From Candidatus Vampirococcus lugosii (GTDB lineage: Bacteria > Patescibacteriota > Gracilibacteria > Absconditabacterales > Absconditicoccaceae): a DNA stretch of 17,561 bases. Position numbers and translations under genes: made by a program. The notes under the pieces were generated by a model. It saw only the letters and a program-made list of their open reading frames with translations, was not told where the DNA came from and ran no database searches. The stretch is from contig NZ_JAEDAM010000017.1 in assembly GCF_018420025.1 (NCBI RefSeq), forward strand, positions 1-17,561, given 5' to 3'. Below, piece by piece: positions 8,951 to 17,369 of the stretch (its first letter is position 1; every line of letters starts with the position of its first letter).

Positions 8951-10519
8951 ATGAAAAAAAAATATTATTTTATATTAATTTGATTGTTTTTTTTATGGTG
9001 AATTTTTTTGAGATTTTATAATTTATGATGAGCAAGTTTTTGGATAGATGAATGATATAGTAGTATTACTTCTTATTATTCTTTACAAAATAATTTTTTG
9101 CCTTTATTGCAATCTGGTAGATATGATTTTAGTCAATATTTTTTTACTTTATCTCAAAATTTATCTTTTTCTATATTTTGATATAGTGATTTAAGTGCTA
9201 GAATTCCATCTTTTGTTTTTTGAATATTACTTATGATTTTGAGTACTTTATTTGCATATGAACTACTTAAATGACATAAATATAAATATATTTGAGTTTT
9301 ATTTATAAGTTTTCTATCTTATTTTTCTACTTGGCAAATTATTTGGTCTAGAGAAGCTAGATTTTATGAATTACTTGCTCTTATTTTGTTGTTTTGAGTA
9401 TATTTATTATATAAATTTGAAATATCTAAAAAATGAATTTATTTTTTGATTTTTTCAATAATAGCTTGAATAGGAAGTATTTATCATCCTTTTTTATTAT
9501 CGCTTTTTGCTATATGATGAATTTATTTAATATATTTTTTTGTCAGTAAATTTATTATGTCAAATTATGATAAAACTATTATTAAAAAAAATTTAAAATA
9601 TATTTTTATGATATTTTGATGATTTTTATTTTATTTATCAATTACTAGTTTATTTAAATATATCACAAATTGATGAGTTGATATTTGAAATATTGTACCA
9701 AATACTTTTGATTTACCACAAAATTTAAAAGAAAATTATATTAATTTTTATAATAATTTATTATTAGAAGAATTATGAATTTTGCATATATTTTTTATAT
9801 TTTGATCTTTTTATTTAGCTTATATTAGAAAATATTTTTATTTGATAATATTTTTATGAACATTTTTGATTAATTTTTTTGTTATTTCTCAAAAATGAAT
9901 AATGCTTCATTCTAGATATATGTATCATATATTTAGTATTATAACTATATTTGGATCTTATATTTTTTTTATTTTTATAAGTTATTTATATGACAAAAGT
10001 ATTTGATTCAAAAATAAAATATATAAAATATTGTTATATATATTTATAATATTTTTAAATTTTAGTTTATTTTATAGTTTCAATATTAATCTACTACCTA
10101 AAAATGTTTATTATATAGATTATACTTCACCAAAACCCAATTTTAAATCAGCTTATAATTTTGCAAAAAATAATTATCCTAATACCAAAATAATATCATG
10201 AATGCCACAATTATGTGTATGGTACAATATAGAAAATAAAAATATTTGTCAATATTCTATGAGAGTTAATCTTACTTGAAAAAAATCAGCTAATGAAAGA
10301 CTTATACAAGAAACAAATCATAATTATACTGCTATTCCTTATATAAATAACATATCTCAAATATGAAATAATTTATTTATACTTGATGATTTATCTTTAA
10401 GAATGAGTATTAATAAAGAAATAATTGACTATGTATTAAATAATTGTAATAAAATATTTGAAGATATTTGAAACGAAAAAAAATATAATTACATTTGAGT
10501 TTGGAAATGTAAAAATTAA
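8951..10519 (+). CDS. GT-C fold membrane glycosyltransferase, family 39 / ArnT-PMT-like
   Basis: 522 aa. The frame was checked codon by codon along every line. MKKKYYFILIGLFFLWGIFLRFYNLGGASFWIDEGYS carries the GT39 signature (R.yNLg..s.w.DE). About 10 or more TM helices follow, then a soluble C-terminal domain. Confidence 0.8.
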
Positions 10520-10550
10520 GTTAATAAAAAATAAATAATATTTTAAAAAA

Positions 10551-11144
10551 TTAAATTTTGATAATATATATTTCTTTACTTTCTTTCCTCGTAGATTTTG
10601 GTTTAAAAGTTTTTATTGATTTTGATCAATAAATCTTTTTTAGATCAGACAAAAATTCTTCAAATCAAGGTCCCATAAATATTTTTATTACAAATTTTCA
10701 TTCATATCAGAGATATTTTTTGTAGATAGGTAAAGTTTTTTCTATAAGAGCTATAGATTTGATAGCATCCAAGTCTTTAATTCAAGTAGTATCTGGAGCC
10801 ATATCAGATATGATAATATCAAATTTTTCAATATTAGATTCTTTCAATATTTTTTGTACATTATCAAAATCGGAAATATCTTGTTTGTATGTAAAAACAT
10901 TTTCCAAGTTTAATGAAACTTCTTTAAGATCAAATCAAATTATTTTGTAATTTAAATTATTGTTTATCTTGTTCCAAGTATATTGTATCCAACTTCATGG
11001 TGAACATCATATATCCAAAACTTTTTTAATAGTTTTATCAAAAAGATTAAATTTTTGATCAATTTCTTCAAGTTTAAAAACACTTCTAGCTTTATATCAA
11101 GATTTTTTAGCTTTTTTGAAATAATAGTCGTATGGATTATACAT
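10551..11144 (-). CDS. rlmE: 23S rRNA (uridine2552-2'-O)-methyltransferase (FtsJ/RlmE)
   Basis: 197 aa: YYFKKAKKSGYKARSVFKLEEIDQKFNLF...VLDIGCSPGSWIQY...IIISDMAPDTTGIKDLD...GKFVIKIFMGPGFEEF...KTFKPKSTRKESKEIYII. These are the canonical FtsJ motifs. Confidence 0.9.
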
Positions 11145-11164
11145 ATATATTTTTAAAAAATAAA

Positions 11165-11575
11165 TTAATCATCAAGTCACAAATCATCAAAATCATCAAT
11201 TTTTCAATCATTTATATATTTGTGAATTGCATTCCTAGTAGCCAAAAGTCAAAGCAATACTGCCCTATTTCTTCTAGAACTAACTTGCATTCATAATTCT
11301 TCTCTCATAAAATCTAAATCCCATGCAAGAATTTCTTGCAAATCAATTCATTGAATTTCTTCAGCAAGTAAACTTACTGCTGTAGTAGTTATCATAGAAG
11401 TATCTCAAGTAAAACTAAATTCTTTTATTTTATTATTTTCTATTTTCAAAAAAACATTTATTCAATCACCACAAACTGGATTTCATTCTTGATAAGAAAT
11501 ATCAAAATCTTTCATTTCATAATTATTAACTGGATTGCTTGAATAATCTTGAATCAATGTAGCAATATCAAACAT
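11165..11575 (-). CDS. IscU/SufU (NifU N-terminal) family protein retaining only the first of three ligand cysteines
   Basis: 136 aa: ...IQDYSSNPVNNYEM...GNPVCGDGINVFLKIENNKIKEFSFTGDTSMITTTAVSLLAEEIQG...VSSRRNRAVLLGLLATRNAI. NPxCGD is intact. The G-x-G-C-x-I-S position reads GDTSMIT, and the R-x-x-C-A position reads RNRAVL. Confidence 0.7.
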
Positions 11576-11602
11576 AACATTTTATTAAAAAAATAAATCT
11601 AA

Positions 11603-12271
11603 TTAATTATTGATATAATCAAAAAATTTATTTGAAATATTTTCATTATTTAAATTTTCATTAAAATTATTTATATAAGAACTAATAATAAGATTATAAT
11701 AAGATTTTAAATCTATTCATTTGGAACAAATATAAAATTTATCAAATTCATTTAATTTTGAAATACTTGCTCAATGACTTGCTTTTACATCATTACAAGA
11801 AACATTTAATGTAGGAGTAATATTGCTCGTTCAATTATCTGTCAAAAACACTGTTTTTTGATTCAAATATCATTCTGATTTATAAGAATCAAAATCAATA
11901 AATACATTTCAACTAATATTTATTACTCATCAATCATCACATAATCATATAATTTCAGTATTTGAATAAATTTCTTTATTTAATAAATTAATAGATAAAT
12001 TTCAATTTATTTCTTCTTTATTTTTGGAAAAAGAAAGAGATTTGATATTTACACAAGATTCTCAAGATAATATATCTATTTTTATATCAAAATTATTTTT
12101 TCATACAATTCATAAATTGTAATTTATATTAGCTGGACAAGATATTTTTATATATCTTTTAGTTTCATTATTTACCAAAAAATCTATAATTAAAATATTT
12201 TTTCAATCCAAAACTTCAATATATTGCTCAGAATTGTTTATATAATAAATTCAATCTTCAAAAATTTTCAT
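11603..12271 (-). CDS. Short SufB/SufD-family protein (C-terminal beta-helix region only)
   Basis: 222 aa. TPTLNVSCNDVKASHGASISKLNEFDKFYICSKGIDLKSYYNLIISSYINNF matches the SufB/D C-terminal signature (P.L.i..ddVkcsHGatvg.ld.e.lfYL.sRGi....A..l). It is about half the usual SufD length. Confidence 0.7.
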
Positions 12272-12309
12272 ATTTTTATGAAATTATTTTCTAAAAATAC
12301 TAGTAAATA

Positions 12310-12337
12310 TTTATAAGAATTATATTTTTTTTTTCAA
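12310..12337 (-). promoter_or_regulatory. Candidate promoter for the sufD-like, sufU-like, rlmE operon (TTGAAA, 16-nt spacer, TATAAA)
   Basis: The minus strand reads taaTTGAAAaaaaaaatataattctTATAAA. The TTG lies 66 nt upstream of the ATG at 12271. It is embedded in the 20-mer T10-CAATTAAAAA (12325-12344), which recurs identically at 14897-14916. Confidence 0.3.
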
Positions 12338-12429
12338 TTAAAAATAAATAGATTTTTTGATTTTAAAACTTGATTTATTTAAAAAATTTATTAATAATAA
12401 GTTGTTTATTATAAAATAATTAATTATAT

Positions 12430-13017
12430 ATGAAAATATATTTATTTTTCAAAAAATATTATGTAGCTATGTGATATAAATTAGCTATGTTTTTATCAAA
12501 ACAAAAAATGCATCCAAATACTGCTAGTTTAATTTCTATATTTATTATTTTTCCTATGTTTTTTTTTATAGATAATTATATTTATAATAATTTATTATTA
12601 ACTATATATTTATTTATTGCCATAAATATAAAACTTATTTTAAATGCAATTGATTGAATAATTGCTAGAGATCAAAATATAAATACAAAATTTTGAATGT
12701 TTTTAAATGTATGAACGGATATATTACCTGATTTATATATCATATATATAATTTTGAATAAATTATGAGTAGATATTTTTTTAATTTATTATATATTATT
12801 GATAATTATTTTTTATTTTATATTAGAAATATTATTTATATATTTGTATAATAAACAAAATATTTTTATATGATGAAAAGAATCTAGAACATTTTTTTAT
12901 TTATTAATATTAATTGTATGATATTTTAATTTTAATTATAATATTTTATTATATTTTTATATATTTATAACTATTTTACATAATGCTTGATTTTTTATTA
13001 AAAAATATAGAAATTAA
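12430..13017 (+). CDS. CDP-alcohol phosphatidyltransferase family protein (divergent motif)
   Basis: 195 aa from the first ATG of the ORF; alternative starts are at 12469 and 12487. HPNTASLISIF is followed by LNAIDGIIARDQNINTKFGMFLNVGTDILPD. This fits DG-x2-AR-x8-G-x3-(D)-x3-D, but Asn occupies two of the four Asp positions by my manual alignment. Multiple TM helices. Confidence 0.7.
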
Positions 13018-13693
13018 TTTACTTATTTTATTTTTTATTATAGCTTTTATTTGTTTTGTAAGTATCAAAAATGATTATATTCATGAAAAAATTAAATGAT
13101 GGATATATATAATATTATTTAGTTTTTTGTTATTTATAAACAATATTACTTTAATATTATCTTTAATCATTATTTGAACGGTTGCAATTTATGAATTTAT
13201 AAAAGTTTTGAAGTTTTCATTGATAAAAAATATAATATATTGATCAATATTTTTATTTTTATTAATATGATTTTTGTATTTTATGTATATGAAAGTAAAT
13301 TTATTTTTTTATTTGTTTATTATTTTATCTTTTTCTGATATAATAGCTTATTTTGTTTGAAAATGAATAACATGGAAAAAATGATTTACTAAACTGAGTC
13401 CAAATAAATCACTTAGTTGAGTTATAGCTCAAATATTTTTTATATTTATAATACTTATAAATATACTTGTATTTATTTTGGAAATAAATATTTTTTATTC
13501 TTTATTTATATCATTATTTATTTGATTTTTGGGACCAATATGAGATTTGATTGAATCATATTTTAAAAGAAAATCTTGAATAAAAGATATGGCTAATTAT
13601 ATACCTTGACATTGATGATTATTAGATAGAATTGATTCTATTTTTTTGAGTGCATGAATTGTATGACTTATTTATTTTTTTATTAGTTTTTAA
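12983..13693 (+). CDS. cdsA: Phosphatidate cytidylyltransferase (CDP-diglyceride synthase)
   Basis: 236 aa: ...SFSDIIAYFVGKGITWKKGFTKLSPNKSLSGVIAQ...[44 protein letters not shown]. This is the canonical CdsA C-terminal signature. It overlaps the upstream gene by 35 nt in another frame. Confidence 0.85.
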
Positions 13694-13695
13694 CT

Positions 13696-14340
13696 ATGTT
13701 TTTCCCAGATATAAAAAGAAATGATATATGGCAAAATTGACACAATAAATTATGTAGTATAGAAAAAAATTGAAATAAATTTATTATTGAAAATATAAGA
13801 GATTTTGATCATGAAAATAATGAATTTAATTATATAAATAAAATATATGATTTAGAAAATTTGGAAAAAATTATATTACATTCTTGTCCTTTTTGATTTA
13901 AAAAATTATTTTCACATTTGATAATAGAATTTTGTTTTTCATGAGAAAAAAGTTTATTTTTATCAGTAGAATCAAGAAGACAAGAATGAGAATGATTCTC
14001 TATAATTAAATGATGTTTTAGACATTATGGTTTGATATTTGTTTGGTGAACAAAAAAAGATTTAATACATTTAAGAACAAAAATAAGAAAAACAAAAATT
14101 GAAACTTATGAATTAATGTTTGATGATAAAAAAATGAAAGAATGATTTCTATATTTAATAGAAAAAACTAATTCTCTCATACAAAATCCTAAATATTATA
14201 ACTCATTTTTTTGTAATTGTGTAACTAATTTATATGATGTTTTGAAAATATATTCAAAAAAAAATATAAAATTTTCATCAAATATAATCTTTTCTAGCAA
14301 AGTTCCAAATTATTTAAAAAAATATTGATATATCAAATAA
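13696..14340 (+). CDS. DUF4105 (Lnb N-terminal domain-like) protein
   Basis: 214 aa: FIIENIRDFDHENNEF...SHLIIEFCFSGEKSLFLSVESRRQEGEGFSIIKGCFRHYGLIFVWGTKKDLIHLRT...ETYELMFDD...NPKYYNSFFCNCVTNL. This follows the DUF4105 pattern (vRNf.y...aHt.lsF.f....l.iSvE.R.e.ge.ys...g.fr.yeL.yv...e.D....Rtn...Y.L...P..Yn....NC.T). It starts 2 nt after the cdsA stop. Confidence 0.7.
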
Positions 14341-14351
14341 ATAAAAAAATA

Positions 14352-14407
14352 ATAAATTATTTTATTTTAATAAAAACTTATTTATAAAAAGCTTTAATTT
14401 ATAATTA
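14352..14407. repeat. 56-bp inverted repeat, copy B (partner at 7029-7084)
   Basis: ataaattattttattttaataaaaacttatttataaaaagctttaatttataatta is the reverse complement of 7029-7084 with one mismatch. It covers the last 11 sense nt, the stop codon and the 3' flank of the minus-strand gene 14394..14828. Confidence 0.9.
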
Positions 14408-14828
14408 AAGATAAAAAAATTATTAAAGCAAAAAAACTTAAGATACTATAAGACCAAATCTTAATAGATAATTTGTAGTATAACATTTTAGTTTCTTTAT
14501 CTATTGTGTCTTTACATCTATATTTAATTAATATAATATAAATTATACTTGCAACTAATAATGTAGTAATTAATGCACTTAATAATGTAGTAATTAATAT
14601 TTCTCATATTCATCAACTTAACTGTAAATCATTTAATAATATATTTAAAATGGGTAATAATATTATAGATAATAAATTTATTAATAATAAATCTATTATC
14701 GTACTTTTATAACTTAATTTTATGTTAAAAGTAATTAAATGTTTATTTTTAATTAAAATAATATTATAAAAAAAATAAATAAGTCAATTAATCAATAATG
14801 TTACTAAAATAAGTGGTATCTCTAGCAT
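14394..14828 (-). CDS. Hypothetical polytopic membrane protein (144 aa)
   Basis: MLEIPLILVTLLINGLIYFFYNIILIK...LLLINLLSIILLPILNILL...GEILITTLLSALITTLLVASIIYIILIKYRC...IWSYSILSFFALIIFLSLIIN. Length divisible by 3, about 4 hydrophobic helices, no family recognised. It contains a 24-bp internal duplication (LITTLLSA / LITTLLVA). Confidence 0.5.
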
Positions 14829-14880
14829 ATCATTTGTATTATTAATTAAATTTAAAATTCATTTGATGAATTATCAAATT

Positions 14881-14909
14881 AATATATAGTTTTTACTTTT
14901 TTTTTTCAA
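14881..14909 (-). promoter_or_regulatory. Candidate promoter for the 144-aa membrane protein gene (TTGAAA, 17-nt spacer, TATATT)
   Basis: The minus strand reads taaTTGAAAaaaaaaagtaaaaactaTATATT. The TTG lies 81 nt upstream of the ATG at 14828. It shares the identical 20-mer with the 12325-12344 site. Confidence 0.3.
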
Positions 14910-15085
14910 TTAAAAAGCCATAATTTTTTATTGTCAAATACAATAATATTTATTGAAATAAAAATCTTCAAATCATAATTCTCATTATTACTAAATATCA
15001 AGATTTAGATAGAATCATTACTCAAGATAAATTTATTTTAGTTTGACTCAAATTCTTAATCTAAAAATTTTGTACATAAAATATA

Positions 15086-15118
15086 AAAAAATCTCTGTTT
15101 TTGAAACAGAAATTTTTT
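15086..15118 (-). terminator. Rho-independent, bidirectional-looking terminator after gdh
   Basis: The stem tctgttt (15094-15100) pairs with aaacaga (15104-15110) around the loop ttg. It is flanked by an A-run upstream and T6 downstream, which can extend the stem. On the minus transcript the hairpin is followed by a U-run. It begins 28 nt after the gdh stop. Confidence 0.65.
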
Positions 15119-15138
15119 AAAATTGTATTTTTATTAAA

Positions 15139-16378
15139 TTATTTTCATTTGATATTTATTGCTTGCAATATTCTATCCAAAGATAAAATATAAGAAGAAT
15201 CTCTCAAAGAGATAGATAATTTACTTGACATATCAAAAACATCTTTTGTTGATTTTTCCATTTGTTTTTTAAGTTTTTGATCAACTTCAATTTCTTCCCA
15301 ATAATAATTTGCATTATTTTGTACTTGTTCAAAATAACTAACCAAAACTCAACCAGCATTTGCAAGTATATCTGGAATTACTGTAATTCATTTTTTTTGA
15401 TAAAATATTATCAGCTTGCATATTTATAGGTCCGTTTGCCAACTCCAATACAATATTTGATTTAATATTATCAGCATTTGATTCTGTTATTTGATTTTCT
15501 AATGCAGCAAGTATCAAAATATCTACATCTAATTCAAGCAATTCTTCATTTGTCAAAATATTAACATTTTCATATTCTACTACGGATTTTTTATTATCTT
15601 TTATAGATTTTATTAAATCAAGATTTAATCATTCTTCAGAATATATTCATCATTTGCTATCAGATATAGCTGTTAATTTAGCTCATGAATCAGTTAAATA
15701 TTTAACTATATTAATACCAGCATTTCAAGCTCATTGAATAGCAATTTTTTTTCATTTCAAATCATAATTTTTTAATTCCAAGATTTTATTAAGAACAAAA
15801 AATCATCATCTACTTGTGGCTGTATCTCTACCAATAGATCATCAAACTTGTATAGGTTTTCATGTAAAACTTCAAGGATTATTATTATTTGATAATTTAC
15901 TATATTCATCCATCATCCATGCCATTATTTGAGGAGTAGTTCAAACATCTGGAGCTGGAACATCGTAATCAGGTCATAAATATCTTGATAGTTTTCTTAC
16001 ATATCATCTTGAAAGTTTTTCTAATTCATTATCAGAGAGACTTTTAGGATCTACAATTATTCATCATTTAGCACCTCATAAAGGAATTCAAACTAAAGCA
16101 GTTTTCATACTCATCCATACTGATAAAGCTTTAGTTTCATCCATAGCAACTCATTGATGAAATCTTATTCATCACTTATATGGACCTCTTACATTATTAT
16201 GTTGTGATCTATATCATACAAAATTTTTTACTTCTCAGTTATCCATTTCAACATTAATATTTACTTGTATAACACGATCTGGATAAAGTATATATTCTAA
16301 ATCATTTTTTGTAAATTTATTTTCCAAATATTCAAATGATTTTTTTATTTGATTTTGTGCATTTTCAAAAGAAGACAT
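15139..16378 (-). pseudogene. gdh: Glutamate dehydrogenase (Glu/Leu/Phe/Val dehydrogenase family) interrupted by one extra base in an A8 tract. This could be a pseudogene, a slippage-rescued gene or an assembly error
   Basis: The span is 1240 nt (3n+1). Upstream frame: MSSFENAQNQ...RSQHNNVRGPYKGGIRFHQ...MSMKTALVGIPLGGAKGGIIVDP...APDVGTT...IAIQGAGNAGINIVKYL...LELANGPINMQADNILSKK. After the run TCAAAAAAAATGA (plus-strand T8 at 15391-15398) the homology continues one frame over: [33 protein letters not shown]...LQAINIKGK. The standard-code ORFs 15338..15556 and 15145..15345 are the two sides of the break. Confidence 0.85.
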
Positions 16379-16470
16379 ATTTTTTTATTTTAATATATAA
16401 ATGTGATATTAATATTATCAAATTTAAACTAAAAATATATAGCAAATATTAAATAAAATATTTTTTTATT

Positions 16471-17276
16471 TGTAGTTGAAAAATAAGTTGAAACTCATCT
16501 TTATAAACAAAAAATAGTTAGCTTTGTAGTGGAGAATATTATTGTATTTTCTCTTGAGATTATAATTTTTTTCATTATATTAAATATAATATTTATTATC
16601 TTTTATTATTTTAAGTAATAATAATCATAATATGTTTATTAAAAAAGTACTCATAAATATAATTGAAAAACTTATATCACTCATCATATTGTTGAATCTT
16701 TTAGAAATAAAGATATAAAAAAAGTAAAACATAATGTTTCACATGGATACAAAAAACTACCTTACATAAAAGACGATAAAGAAAAAATTAAAGAATATTT
16801 ATTTGTATGAATTGATGATTTTAGTAGAGAACTTTATGTTCATATTGCAACAGACAAAACCTAATCTTCAGCGACAGAAGCTCTAGCACAATTTATTGAT
16901 GAATGTCCTTATATTATTGAATGTCTATATACAGATAATAGTAAAGAATATAAGTGAACACCAGATCATGAACTTATGAAATATTGTCTTGAAGCATGAA
17001 CAAAGAAAAAATACACAAAAGTAAAAAGACCACAAACAAATGGTAAAGCTGAAAGAGTAATAAGAACATTAATGGATATGCGACATAGTAAAGAAACATT
17101 TATTTCAAGAGAAAATAGAAAAAAGTCTTTAAAAAGGTTTGTAAATCGATACAATTGTGTTAAACTTCATAAATGAATTGATAATAAAACACCATATGAA
17201 ATTATAGATGAGTTTTATCACTGAAAATAAAAAAACTGTAAACAACTCTACCATTTCTTAAAAATTTTGAAATACA
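16471..17276 (+). mobile_element. Decayed, internally shortened IS481-family insertion sequence relic (boundaries tentative)
   Basis: It contains the degraded DDE transposase listed below. The putative terminal inverted repeats are TGTAGTTGAAAA (16471-) and the reverse complement of the right end, TGTATTTCAAAA (-17276), matching at 10 of 12 positions and starting TGT as in IS481 elements. The roughly 0.8 kb length is shorter than an intact IS481 element. No convincing target-site duplication is visible in this AT-rich flank. Confidence 0.4.
16734..17230 (+). pseudogene. IS481-family DDE (rve) transposase, C-terminal catalytic part only, with one frameshift and one in-frame TAA
   Basis: MFHMDTKK is followed by a frame change at the A6 run 16751-16756. 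Then LPYIKDDKEKIKEYLFVGIDDFSRELYVHIATDKT, TAA (16862-16864), SSATEALAQFIDECPYIIECLYTDNSKEYKG...KRPQTNGKAERVIRTLMDM...RFVNRYNCVKLHKGIDNKTPYEII. The D, D and E positions (hMDtKK, TDNsKEY, TNGKAER) are recognisable. The N-terminal HTH region is missing, and the upstream frame carries two further TAA codons. Confidence 0.8.
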
Positions 17277-17297
17277 AATTATTTTAAAAAAAATTAG

Positions 17298-17325
17298 TTG
17301 ATATTTTAATAATTTTTGTTATAAG
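17298..17325 (+). promoter_or_regulatory. Candidate sigma70-like promoter for mnmA (TTGATA, 16-nt spacer, TATAAG)
   Basis: agTTGATAttttaataatttttgtTATAAGat. The -10 element ends 44 nt upstream of the mnmA ATG. Hexamer matches of this kind are weak evidence in AT-rich DNA. Confidence 0.25.
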
Positions 17326-17369
17326 ATATCTAAAACTATAAATCGTATATTTAAAATGAATTAACATTT

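Noticed and set aside
10759-10950. Standard-code plus-strand ORF (63 aa)
   Set aside because: It lies antisense to rlmE, whose FtsJ motifs are unambiguous.
14556-14598. A 19-nt direct repeat (taataatgtagtaattaat) with a 24-nt period
   Set aside because: It is an in-frame internal duplication of eight codons (LITTLLSA/LITTLLVA) inside a TM helix of the 144-aa membrane protein. It is not a separate element.
14829-15085. A 257-bp gene-free spacer examined for a small ORF or ncRNA
   Set aside because: Under table 25 only ORFs of 22 codons or fewer are present, and no stable G/C-containing helices. It most likely holds just the promoter of the membrane protein gene and the gdh terminator.
16966-17154. 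Standard-code minus-strand ORF (62 aa)
   Set aside because: It lies antisense to the conserved C-terminal part of the IS481-type transposase relic.
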